A stretch of 64,000 bases of DNA. Source: Eledone cirrhosa. Its lineage: Eukaryota. Both the position numbers and the translations under genes were made by a program. The notes below the pieces were generated by a model. It was not told the origin of the DNA. It worked only from the letters and a program-made list of their open reading frames with translations, and searched no databases. Location: the NCBI GenBank assembly GCA_964016885.1, contig OZ024742.1, forward strand, positions 187,364,001-187,428,000, read 5' to 3'. Positions 12,700-24,403 of the stretch are shown in pieces. How positions within the stretch are numbered: the stretch's first letter is position 1; each line of letters opens with the position of its first letter.

Positions 12700-15600
12700 A
12701 CAACAAAAAGAAAACCCCGTGACCAAGAAATACCGGGATGGCGGCCGGCGGGGAATAGCCGTGTCTCTAGGGGAGAACGACCCCTCTAGTCTTGGTTGAC
12801 ACTCGTTCTAGAAGTGGTAACACGAAATGATTACCCCTTGGCGGATAAGGATAAAACGCGACAAAATAAAGTAAATGTCTAATGATAAAATCTCATACCG
12901 GATCGGCCGTCACCCGGGTAAAAAAGGGCCGCGTCCCTCAGAGAGGAACCAGACTGGGGTCGAAAAATCAGCTAATGGTTCAACCCTTCCCATCACTTCG
13001 GAGCTGGAGACCTCCCATAAACGGAATACTCCTACTGTTGGCCCTCCATGCTCACCACCAAGAAATCCAAAGAAAAAGAGAGAAAAATGGTCAAGGGAAG
13101 ATAATAAAGAAGTCCTTGAGGCTTTCTACACTGCCATGTACTACCCATCAAATACATCGAATACAGAACAGACATATATCAACTGGAAAAAGAAACATCC
13201 CGAAAACAGAGGCTATATTGACAGTAACAAACTAGCCAATATACGAAGAAATATTGTAAGAAAAAAGTTACTAACTGATATAGAAATTGATCAGATCAAG
13301 CTATTAGCACAAAGTCAGCGAAGGGAAAATGAAACATGTGTCAGTGAAAACGAAGTAAACTGTAACACTTCGAATCCCAGGGTTGGGGCGGAATCACTGG
13401 CAACAGAACAAATTAAAGAAAGGATCGAAAAAGTGGAGGGAGTGCATGCTCAGGATGAAACTCCAAATGAAAATAATGAGATCGTAAATGATAAAGAAAT
13501 GAATGAGAATGAACTTGCCAACTTGAAGGATGAAATTATGATCGAATGGATGAAAATGAAAGAATCTGACATGGGGCGACGAGACACCCTCCCTAAGATC
13601 CAGAACTCCAAACAGAACCAAAAGATAATACACAAGACTAACATAATTCTCAAAAACATTATCATCACAAACAAACTAAACATTACTGATTTAATTCATC
13701 TCTATTATGCATCGGCTAAAGTCACCACTCACTTATGTGGAGTGAAGATGAAAAAACAAAGGAATTCCCACAAGAAATCTACTTGGCAAGAGAACATCAA
13801 TCGCCAAATAAACCTTCTCCGATCTGACATAGAAATTTTAACAAACTATAAAGTAGGTGAACATGTTAAACAAACTAAACTTAGAAAATTGAAAAAAAAG
13901 TACAGTATAAAATCAACATGTGACATAGACATTCCTGATAGAAATAATCAAGCAAAAAGTGTCGGCCAAAGCTGCTCGTATAAGGCGCTTTGAAAAACGA
14001 TCTAGATTCTATAAGGACAATAATATGTTCAAAAACTACCAAAGAAACTTCTACAGAAAAATTGGTAAGTCAACAATAACTGCTTAATCAATACCACCCA
14101 AGGAGGAAGTGCAAGAATTCTGGGAAAAGATCTGGGCCGAAGAAAAAGTTCATAACATACATGCCCCATGGATAGACAGACAAATGAAAGATACAGCTCA
14201 CCTTGAGGAACAAACATGGGAAAATATAACAGTTGAACAGTTGCGCTTGGCTCTAAGAAAAACCAGCAAATGGAAATCCCCAGGAAAAGACAAAATACAA
14301 AACTTTTGGCTAAATGCCTTCACAGAGTCTCATGAGCTGTTAGCCCAACTTTACGATGAAATAGTTAAGGAGCCAGAAAAGATACCTTCATGGCTAGTTA
14401 ACGGCATTACATTCCTGCCTCCGAAGAATGATGAGACAAACAACCCCAAAAATTACAGACCGATAACTTGCTTGACCACAATGTATAACATTTTAACATC
14501 AGTCCTAACTGAATACACATATGACCACCTGATAACAAATGACCTATTTCCCATTGAGCAGAAAGGGTGTAAACGAGGCTCATATGGCTGTAAGGATCAG
14601 CTTCTGGTTAACAAAATGATACTGGAAGATTGTCATAATAGACACAAAAATCTATCGATTGCTTGGATAGATTATAAAAAAGCATTTGATAGTTTGCCAC
14701 ACAGTTGGATTGAAAAATGTTTAGAGATTTTCAAAGTATCCCCCGTTGTCAGGAGGTTTTTGTCATTCACATGAAGACATGGAAAACGACACTCCTTTTG
14801 AATAGTGAAACAAAATCACTGGAAGCTGGAGAAGTTAATATTAATTGTGGAATTTTTCAGGGTGACTCTTTATCACCGCTTTTATTCTGCATCGCACTTA
14901 TACCATTAAGTAAAATGCTCAATGAAACAAAACATGGATATAAAGTCCATGACAAAACCATTAATCACCTGTTCTACATGGATGACCTGAAACTATTTGC
15001 AAAAAATGATGAACAATTGCAAGGGCTATTATCCACTGTGAAGCAGTTCAGTGATGACATTAAAATGGAGTTTGGACTAGATAAATGCGCCAAAGCAACG
15101 TTCACCAGAGGAAAGCTGCTGAAGAGTTCAGACATTAATCTTGATCGGGGGAACGTGATAAGAGAACTTGATCAAGAAAAAACTTACAAATATCTAGGTG
15201 TTTGTGAAGGAGACGGAATCAAGCACTCGACAACGAGGGAAAGGATAAGGAAGGAATGTTACCGCAGAGTGAGAGCAATCTTAAGAACGGAATCGAATGC
15301 AAGGAATAGGATCGATGCCATAAACACGCTTGCCATACCAGTAGTAACCTACAGTTACAATGTCATCAACTGGTCAAGCACAGAGATCCGTAGGCTCGAT
15401 ACAAAAATTCGAAAATTCTTAACCATGCACAGAATGCATCACCCTAAAGCAGATATAGATAGAATATATCTCCCTAGGAAAGAAGGAGGACGTGGGTTAA
15501 TCCAGTTAGACATTGCGTTGAAAACTGCAACAATTGGATTATCTACATATCTAAGGGAATCACATGATTGGATGATCAAACTCGTTTTGAAACACGAAAG

Positions 15601-16668
15601 CATCAAAAGATCATATTCCATTACAAAAGATGCACAAAGATACAGTAATGGACTACAAATTTCAGAAGTCCCATTTACTGCTGAAATGGAAAACACAGAA
15701 AAAGCAAAGCAGGTAAAAGTAACTGCAAAGAAAGAACTGCTACAGAAACTGGCTAAGAAATGGCAAGAAAAGCCTCTGTATGGAAAATACCCAGAGCGAG
15801 CTAACAATCCTGATGTTGACAAAACTTTAACCCATCAGTGGTTGGCATCCTCTGGACTGAAATCGGAGACTGAAGGACTGATTATATCGGTACAAGATCA
15901 GTGTCTGCCAACAAAAAATTACCAAGCCAACATAATAAAAAATGGGTGCAGCCCATTATGCCGTGTATACAAAAAACAACCAGAGACCATTGACCATATA
16001 ATTTCAATGTGCAGTCCTATAGCTCCAACCGAATACCTAAACAGGCATGACAGAGCTGCACAACACATACATTGGATAATGTGTAAGCATTTTGACCTGC
16101 CCCATCAAAAGAATTGGTGGGATCATCAACCACCTTCCATACTTGAAAAAGATCACATCTCAATCTTGTGGAACTTTAGCATCCAAACAGACCGAAAAAT
16201 AGATGCAAACAGACCTGATATAATATTGAAAGACTTTCAAAAGAGGGTATGCCTGCTAATTGATATGTCTGTTCCAATAGACAAGAATGTATCTATAAAA
16301 ACATTTGAAAAATTGAGCAAGTATAAGGACCTGGAGATAGAAATTGGAAAAATGTGGAAATTGAGAACTAAAACAATACCAGTGGTTGTAGGCGCTCTGG
16401 GAATGATACCTAAGGGGTCTAATGATTACATATCGCAAATCCCAGGAAACCCGCGTATAGGAAAAATACAAAAGATAGTACTAATGGGAACTGCCCATAT
16501 ACTAAGGAAGATTCTGTCAATATAAGTACATCACAAGTCTGAACACTAAAGATGCATGTGTGAATATGTATGTTCTTTCTTGACCATGGCGGACCTTGTT
16601 GTCTCTTGAGGTCACTGGTTGTGACTTGGTGATAACTCGTATGAACATAAAGCAAGATAAATGCAACT

Positions 16669-16669
<1 letters not shown>
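12700..16669 (+). mobile_element. Full-length but decayed R4/Dong-type LINE, family B (divergent from A)
   Basis: Same domain order as A but a clearly different sequence; 3'UTR at 16526-16669, then (TAA)n at 16670-16718. The 5' boundary is approximate. Confidence 0.9.
12875..16525 (+). pseudogene. Frameshifted RT-CCHC-REL ORF of family B (pieces 12875-13993, 14109-14774, 14717-16525)
   Basis: Motifs KSPGKD, NYRPITCL, DYKKAFDS, GIFQGDSLSP, FYMDD and RPD..D..K. Frameshifts near ~13935, ~14040-14090 and ~14760; the second Cys of the CCHC is mutated (CRVY). Confidence 0.92.
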
Positions 16670-16718
<49 letters not shown>

Positions 16719-16719
<1 letters not shown>

Positions 16720-19700
16720 GGAATAAGGGAAGAAGACGCACGAGGTGACGGAGGTCATGAAATCGCTCCCGTAAGTTTTGAATTTTTAACATATTTAAAT
16801 CATTTGTGAAATAACAACTCTTAGTACAAATGCTACGTAAAGCACCCGGCTTGAGCCCCAAAAAATTCGGACCCAAAATATATTGTTATAAGGCTCAAAT
16901 ATTCAAATATTCAACTTTGTATTGTACACTGTATATCCAAAAAAAAATGGCTATAAATGGAAGAAGAAGAACCCCCCCCCCTCCTCTCCTCTGGCTACAC
17001 TATATAGGACAGCTAAACTCACCAACACCAGAAACTAGATACACCACCCACCCCATCATCTGTGTACACTAAACACAACAGCATTTTCACCTTCACCGCC
17101 ACCGCTCACTACGGCCATCATTACCACCACTATCCCATCACCGCCGCCACCACCCCTTGACTCCTTCACTGATGCTGCCACCGCTACAGCACCATCACTA
17201 CAGTAATACGGTCGCATCACCGCCACCACTGCCTCGGTATCGACATCACCACCACCAATGTCTCAGTATCGCCAGCGCCGCCAGCCTCCCACTTCTCCCT
17301 GCTGGCTGCTACTACTTCCACATTATAGAATCCCTACTACTAACAAAGAGGAAGGCATCAAAATATATAGATAGACTCAAAAGAAAAAAGAAAAAAACAA
17401 ACAACAAAACCAAAGCAGCACAGCAACAACAGCAAAAAACGAGAAAAACAGAGAAAAACAAAAACAAAAAAAGAAACCCCAAAAACGTAAAGAAAATAAG
17501 AATGAAGAGAGAAGCAGGCGGACGGACAGAGAAGAGGGGGGAAAAAGTAAAACTTAAAAAACAAAACTAAGTCAGACATTCGAATACTACATTACAATGA
17601 AACTTATGCTTATTCATTTTTGGGGCCCTTTCTGCCCGTGTGTTTGTTTGTTTATGTGTGTTCGTATACAGCGTGGTGATAATGCCACACAAGGGCCAAG
17701 TGGGATGGCGGATCCACAGATGGCTATGTAAACATACATTCGCCAATCCTCGATAAGAGTGTTTAAATATCGAACATAAACAGTTCGAATAACGGTGAAA
17801 TGGAGACTAGAACGTCATGTGACAGACTCTCACCCAACAGGTGCCCCCTGGCTCAGCAGCAGGAACCTGACTGTCAACCAAATACTGCTGATGTTGGAGG
17901 AAGGAGAAGAAGGAAAGGGGCCAGAACCAACTGGACGAAAGAATTGAATAGAACTGTTATGCAATGCTACCTGAAAAGTAACCCCAAGGAGAGGGGCTAC
18001 AGGAGACGGATGCATAACATCTGGAACGAGATTGGTTTATTTAAATTAGATGAACAAAAATTGGCCGGGCAGGCTCGGGTAATAAGAACTAATGGGTGGA
18101 TAAGCGAGCTGGAACTGGAGGAACTGAGCAGAGAGAATGGCTTGGAGATGGCGGGTGTAGTATGCCAGACAAGCGAGCCGGTGGGAAATGAAGGTGAGGA
18201 GGTCCTGAGAACGGAGGAACCACCCGAAGCAGACAATGATCTGAATACTGAGATAAATAATACCTGGAACAGAGATACGGCCACTGAGGAGATGAATGCT
18301 GACGGGCTAGGACAAGATTCGGTTGACATCCTAAATCTAGTGGTAGATGAATTGAACAATGATAGTGGGAGACCTATGAACCTAAGATTTGTAGACAGGA
18401 AAAAGTTAAAAGAAACAACAGCTAAGGTAAACAAAGTCATCCCATACCTTGAGGCGAGGAGTCTTCACCAGTGCAACAATACCCTCAAAGCAACAGCAAA
18501 TACGGTGAGGAAACTACTTGGTATAAAAGCGAGAGGAAACAACAGACAAGAAAGAGCAGAGCCGTGGTGGAAGAAGCGACTGAGTGGGCAAATCGGGGAA
18601 ATGAGAAATGACATAGGAAAGCTTGAGTCACTACTGAATGGGACACTAAAAAACATAGGCACTAAAAATAGACTGGAAATAAAATATAAAACTAGGAGTA
18701 AAAAGCTAAATATTATAATAGAGGAATTGAAGCAACGCATTGTAGCAAAGAGTGCCAAAATCAGGCGATACGAGAACAGAGTCAGTCAGTATAAACAGAA
18801 CCGCATGTTCGACAACAACCAGAAGATGCTGTTTGGACAGCTTGAGGGGAAAGAAAGAGGCAACGACTTGATCCCTGGGGCGGAACAAGCTAAAACATTC
18901 TGGAGAGGAATATGGGAGCAGGATGTTAGACACAATGCCCAGGCAGGGTGGATTGAGACAGTACAGAGGGAGATCGGTGAGAAGGCACAACAACAGACTG
19001 ATTTGAGTATCACAGTTGAAACTCTTAAGGGGCAAGCCAAAAAACTAACAAACTGGAAATCACCAGGCCCAGATGGTGTGCAGGGGTATTGGATTAAACA
19101 TTTAACATCCCTCCACCCGAAGCTGACGGCCATGTTCAATGACTGCTTGGTGTCGGGTGAGGTGCCAGAGTGGTTGACAAAAGGTACCACAGTTCTGATA
19201 ATGAAAGACCGAATCAAGGGTAATGATGTTACCAACTATAGACCTATCACATGTCTGCCCGTAATGTGGAAACTGTTGACGAGCATTGTGTCTGAGGAAA
19301 TCTACCATCACCTCCACACAAACAACTTGTTGCCGGACGAACAGAAAGGATGCCGAAAGAAGTCACGTGGTACAAAGGACCAGTTGCTTATTGATAAGAT
19401 GGTAATGGGGAATTGCAGGAGGAGACACACTGATCTTGCCATGGGATGGATAGACTACAGAAAGGCATTTGACATGGTGCCTCATTCCTGGATCACCAAA
19501 AGCCTGGAGATCTTCAGGGTGGCAGATAACATCAGACAGTTGCTGGGCAGGAGTATGGGGTCCTGGGAGACAGAGTTGACATCAACTGGAGTATCCTTGG
19601 GAAGCGTGAAGATCAAGAGAGGTATCTTCCAGGGAGATAGCCTGTCCCCTCTGTTGTTTGTCCTTGCCCTGATGCCCTTGACCATTATGCTGCGAAAAGT

Positions 19701-21266
19701 GAGAGCAGGATACAAGTTGGGAAGGGGAGAGCTTACCATCAATCACCTCCTCTTCATGGACGATCTTAAGCTCTTCGGGAAAAGTGAGAAGGAGTTGGAT
19801 GTGCTTGTTGACACTGTCCGTATTTTCAGCAGTGATATATGTATGCAGTTTGGTATTGGTAAATGTGGAGTCATTGTGATGAAGAGGGGTAGGTTGAGCA
19901 GAAGTAACGGGATCCAGATACCAACAGGTGAGATGATAAAGGAAATTGACTCTGAGGAAGGATACAAGTATTTGGGCGTTCTGGAGGCTGATGGCATAAA
20001 GAACAAAAAAATGAAGGAATTATTAAGAACTGAATACATTCGGAGAGTAAGGAGCGTATTGAAGTCACATCTGAACAGCAGAAATGCCATAAGCGCAGTA
20101 AATTCCCGAGCTGTGTCTATTATTAGGTACAGTGCGGGAATTCTGAGATGGAATGTTGCTGAACAAAAAGAAATGGATAGGAAGACTAGGAAGCTATTGA
20201 CTATCTACAACATGTTCCACAAGAGGAGTGATGTCGATAGACTCTACCTAAGGAGATCTGAGGGTGGAAGAGGTCTTATCAGCATAGAGGACTGTGTTCA
20301 GATGGAGAAAAACAACCTATACAAATACGTGACCTATAGTAAGGAGCCAATGCTCAGAACTGTACTGAAGGAGGGGACAGTAGGCCAGGGGATGTCCAAG
20401 GAGGAAATAACATCAAGGAGGAAGAGCAGCCTTAAGGGAAAATCCCTTCATAGTACCTTCTTTGAGAAAACTGAATTTAGAGATCCACAGACATGGAACT
20501 GGTTGAGAAGAGGAGACCTCAAAAAGGCTACAGAAGGAATGCTAATGGCTGCGCAGGAGCAGGCCCTCAAAACGAAGTGGTTGAAGCACCATATCTACAA
20601 GGAGGAGGCTAGCCCACTGTGCAGGATCTGTGGAGAGAGAGAGGAGACTGTGGCTCACATTGTGTCCGAGTGTAAACACCTAGCCCAGACCCACTATAAG
20701 GGCTGGAGACACGATGTGATGGGCAGGGTGATCCACTGGCACCTGTGCAAAGTAAACAATCTACCACATTCTGAGAAATGGTATGAGCATAGGCCAGAGG
20801 CGGTGATGGAGAACAGTCAGGTGAAGGTGCTGTGGGATTTTAGGATACAGACGGACAAAAAACTGGAACACAATAGACCTGACCTGGTGGTTGTGGACAA
20901 AGAAAAAAGATCGTGCCTGATTGTGGATGTGGCCTGCCCGTTCGACACGAGAGTGCAAGAGAAGGAGAGGGAGAAAATTAACCGATACCAGGACCTAAAG
21001 TGGGAGGTGAAAAGGATTTGGAACTGCCATGAAGTCAAAGTGATCCCGATTGTCATAGGCGCACTGGGGACTATCTCCAAAGGTTTCCAGGGATGGTTAA
21101 AGAAAATCGGCCCCTTCACGCTTTTTGGAACGCTTCAAAAGGCATGCTTGCTTGGAACGGCAAGAACCCTCCGATACGTCCTGAATATCTGAGGCTGCAG
21201 GTAGTGGCTTGATATTCAATCCAACGGACTTTCCAGTTAACCAACATCAATGACTGAGATTCAAGG
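16719..21266 (+). mobile_element. Apparently complete, intact R4/Dong-type LINE, family A (~1.08 kb leader, ORF, ~75 nt 3'UTR)
   Basis: Bounded by (TAA)n at 16670-16718 and 21267-21329; intact ORF; near-identical to the minus-strand copy. Confidence 0.95.
17800..21192 (+). CDS. 1130-aa RT-CCHC-REL retrotransposon protein with all catalytic motifs intact
   Basis: Uninterrupted ORF with FMDD, CCHC, RPD/D/K and IVIGALG intact; differs from the minus copy at three residues (R/K, I/V, G/R). Confidence 0.96.
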   Translation: METRTSCDRLSPNRCPLAQQQEPDCQPNTADVGGRRRRKGARTNWTKELNRTVMQCYLKSNPKERGYRRRMHNIWNEIGLFKLDEQKLAGQARVIRTNGWISELELEELSRENGLEMAGVVCQTSEPVGNEGEEVLRTEEPPEADNDLNTEINNTWNRDTATEEMNADGLGQDSVDILNLVVDELNNDSGRPMNLRFVDRKKLKETTAKVNKVIPYLEARSLHQCNNTLKATANTVRKLLGIKARGNNRQERAEPWWKKRLSGQIGEMRNDIGKLESLLNGTLKNIGTKNRLEIKYKTRSKKLNIIIEELKQRIVAKSAKIRRYENRVSQYKQNRMFDNNQKMLFGQLEGKERGNDLIPGAEQAKTFWRGIWEQDVRHNAQAGWIETVQREIGEKAQQQTDLSITVETLKGQAKKLTNWKSPGPDGVQGYWIKHLTSLHPKLTAMFNDCLVSGEVPEWLTKGTTVLIMKDRIKGNDVTNYRPITCLPVMWKLLTSIVSEEIYHHLHTNNLLPDEQKGCRKKSRGTKDQLLIDKMVMGNCRRRHTDLAMGWIDYRKAFDMVPHSWITKSLEIFRVADNIRQLLGRSMGSWETELTSTGVSLGSVKIKRGIFQGDSLSPLLFVLALMPLTIMLRKVRAGYKLGRGELTINHLLFMDDLKLFGKSEKELDVLVDTVRIFSSDICMQFGIGKCGVIVMKRGRLSRSNGIQIPTGEMIKEIDSEEGYKYLGVLEADGIKNKKMKELLRTEYIRRVRSVLKSHLNSRNAISAVNSRAVSIIRYSAGILRWNVAEQKEMDRKTRKLLTIYNMFHKRSDVDRLYLRRSEGGRGLISIEDCVQMEKNNLYKYVTYSKEPMLRTVLKEGTVGQGMSKEEITSRRKSSLKGKSLHSTFFEKTEFRDPQTWNWLRRGDLKKATEGMLMAAQEQALKTKWLKHHIYKEEASPLCRICGEREETVAHIVSECKHLAQTHYKGWRHDVMGRVIHWHLCKVNNLPHSEKWYEHRPEAVMENSQVKVLWDFRIQTDKKLEHNRPDLVVVDKEKRSCLIVDVACPFDTRVQEKEREKINRYQDLKWEVKRIWNCHEVKVIPIVIGALGTISKGFQGWLKKIGPFTLFGTLQKACLLGTARTLRYVLNI

Positions 21267-21278
21267 AATAACAATAAC

Positions 21279-21326
<48 letters not shown>

Positions 21327-21329
21327 TAT

Positions 21330-22700
21330 AGAGTTAACATCGGCTGGAGAATCCTTGGAAGGCGTGAAGATCAAGATCTCCAGGGAGATAGTCTGTCCAC
21401 TCTGTTGTTTGTCCTTGCCCTGATGCCCCTGACCATTATACTGCGAAAAGTGAGAGCAGGATACAAGTTGGGAAAGGGAGAGCTACCATCAATCACCTCC
21501 TCTTCATGGAAAATCGTAAGCTCTTCGGGAAGAGTGAGAAAGAGTTGGATGTGCTTGTTGACACTGTCCGTATTTTCAGCAATGATATATGTATTCAATT
21601 TTGTATTAGTAAGTGTGGAGTCATTGTGATGAAGAGGGGTAAGTTGAGCAGAAGCAACGGAATCCAGGTACCAACAGGTGAGATGATAAAGGAAATTGAC
21701 ACTGAGAAGGATTCAAATATTTAGGTGTTCTGGAGGCTGATGAGATCAAGAATAAAAAAATGAAGGAATTGATAAGATCTGAATACATTCGGAGAGTAAG
21801 GAGCGTATTAAAATCAAATCTGAACAGTAGGAATGCCTTAAGTGCAGTAAATTCCCGAGCTGTGTCTATTATTAGGTACAGTGCGGGAATTCTGAGATGG
21901 AACGTTGCTGAACAAAAAGAAATGGATAGGAAAACTAGGAAGCTATTGACTATCTACAACATGTTCCACAAGAGGAGTGATGTCGATAGACTCTACTTAA
22001 GGAGATCTGAAAGTGGAACAGGTCTTATCAGCATAAAGGACTGTGTTCAGATGGAGAAAAACGACCTGCACAAATACGTAACTGATAGTAGGGAGCCAAT
22101 GCTCAGAATTGTACTGAAGGAGAGGACAATAGACCAGGGGATGGCCAAGGAGGAAATAACAACAAGGAGAAAGAGCAATATTCATGAAAAATCCTTCATA
22201 GTACCTTCTTTGAGAAACCTGAATTCAGAGATCCAGAGACATGGAACTGGTTGAAAAGAGGAGACATTAAAAAGGCTACAGAAGGAATGCTAATGGCTGC
22301 GCAAGAGCAGGCTCTCAAAACGAAGTGGCTGTAATACCATATTTACAAGGAGGAGGTTAGCTCATGGTGTAGGATATGTGGAGAGAGGAGACTGTGGCTC
22401 ACATTGTATCCGAGTGTACACACCTAGCCCAGACTCACTATAAAGGCTGGAGACATGATGTGATGGCAGTCGGAGGTAAAAAGGATTTGGAACTGCCATG
22501 AAGTCAAAGTGGTCCCGATTGTCATAGGCGCACTAGGTACTATCTCAAAGAGTTTCCAAGGATGGTTAAAGAAAATTGGTCCCGCCCCGCCTTTTGGAAC
22601 CCTCCGATACGTCCTGAATATCTGAGGCTGCAGGTAGTGGCTTGATATTCATTTCAACAAACTTTCCAGTTAAATAATATCAATGACTGAGACTCAAAGA
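21330..22700 (+). mobile_element. Older, decayed 3' fragment of a family A-like LINE
   Basis: Aligns from RT motif 4-5 onward with frameshifts, an internal deletion at ~22468 removing most of the endonuclease and a small deletion at ~22600. Has an A-type 3'UTR and (TAA)n tail. Confidence 0.9.
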
Positions 22701-22749
22701 ATAATAATAATAATTATTATTATTATTACTATTATTATTATTATTATTA

Positions 22750-23112
22750 GATTGGCAATAAGGTAGAGCGTCGTACACCACGCTTTGCAGCACAGAGTTG
22801 CGGCCCTTTGCGGTCTGAGTTCAAATTTCGCCGAGATTTCTTTGCCTTTCTTCCTCAGATGGTCGATAAAATAAAGTACAAGATATGCATTGAGGTCGAT
22901 TTAATCGACTTTCCCATCTCCCCCAAATTTCTGGACTTGTGCCTATAGTAGAAATCATTATTATTATTTTTGTCTTTGTTGTAGTTATTGTTTATGTAAC
23001 TGTTGTTGTCATTGTTATTGTTAGAGCTGTGAATTGGCAGGATTGTTAGAGATTCGGAAGAAATACTTTGCAATATTTTGTTACGGCCTCTATGTTCTAA
23101 GTTCAAATCCCA
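22750..23112 (+). mobile_element. SINE family 1 (22750-22965) plus a second head fragment (23025-23112)
   Basis: Box B GAGTTCAAAT and central motif. Confidence 0.8.
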
Positions 23113-23114
23113 TC

Positions 23115-23520
23115 GCTCTCTATAGAGGTTTAACGGCGGGAACGAGTGATAATGATCTGGAGACAACACTGAAGATCGAAAGGACTGTCTGAGCCGTCTC
23201 TTCTGTGGAAATTTCAATCCGGAGGTCATGGACTGTTTCCCAAAGTCTTTGGCGAAACAATGCTACAATGAAGCACTACATTTTCGTGACATGCTTTACA
23301 TATACCGGAATGCCAACTGCCACACTTATTCGAGATGTGCACAGGACAATGGAGCCATCTTGCACGCTATCATACAGTGTTCGAGCGGTTGTTATGACAC
23401 ATTGGATGTCAGTAACTTCTATGGCAAGGAGGGCAGTAGGTTTTTGTCAGCATAGAGGCTATGGTGAAAGAAGTTGTGTGGTGGTCACGAATGAAATGCT
23501 TGAGGACAACACTCTTTAAC
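23115..23520 (+). mobile_element. Possible decayed L1/Tx1-type LINE C-terminal (zinc-binding) fragment
   Basis: SLAKQCY..AL.FRD.LY......SRC.Q....ILHAIIQC resembles a degenerate Cys/His motif. Confidence 0.4.
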
Positions 23521-23993
23521 TTCTTTAAATATCACTTAAGGAGGAAGGTGAGGGTTGAGATGGAATTTCTGCCTCATAGATTGTTTCACTAAAGCTACGT
23601 GAGCAGAGCGAAATAGACGAGATTTAATGGGTTTAATCAGATTATGCTACATTAAGATAGCAATAAGTGAAACTGGGAGTGGGCACCTTCAATATCTTTG
23701 GCGATACAGAGTAATCCAGGAATTTATGTGGAATATTGGACCCGATTTCCCCTTATTCGAGAATTTTTCTTGTCAATTTATTTCATTTGTTGATTTTGAT
23801 GATTTCGAAGCTATGATTCATCTGAAGCAGGAATGAAAATCTTTCTAAAAATTCCCAGAGAGTATACTGGTATAAACACTGATCGTGAAATCAATGTCTT
23901 GATGAGGAGATTAAAAATAAAAAAAAAAAAAAAAACAGTTCGAGACTATTTGCGCCTGCGGCTGCGGACTGCTGCTGCTGCTGCTGATGATGA

Positions 23994-24075
<82 letters not shown>

Positions 24076-24236
24076 TCGCCATCATCAGCCGTCCGCAGAC
24101 GAAGCTATAACATATTGGTTTACATAGCTAGCCGAAGAGAACCTGTATATATATATATATACATGTGTGTGTGTGTATCTGTGTATGTGTATGTGTGTGT
24201 GTGTATGTATACATATATATATATATATATATATAA

Positions 24237-24403
<167 letters not shown>

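Noticed and set aside
17157-17570. 137-aa ORF upstream of the LINE ORF (also 10730-11143) as a possible ORF1
   Set aside because: Non-ATG start, low-complexity content and not preserved in the diverged module copy; R4/Dong elements have a single ORF.
7034-21266. Giant DNA transposon with 4.4-kb TIRs, or an assembly fold-back artefact
   Set aside because: The arms are LINEs with their own tails, different 5' ends and real sequence differences. An artefact is unlikely but not excluded without reads.
21193-21266. SINE family 1 sharing its 3' tail with LINE A or B
   Set aside because: No visible similarity between the SINE tail and either 3'UTR, and the SINE tail is ATT- rather than TAA-oriented.
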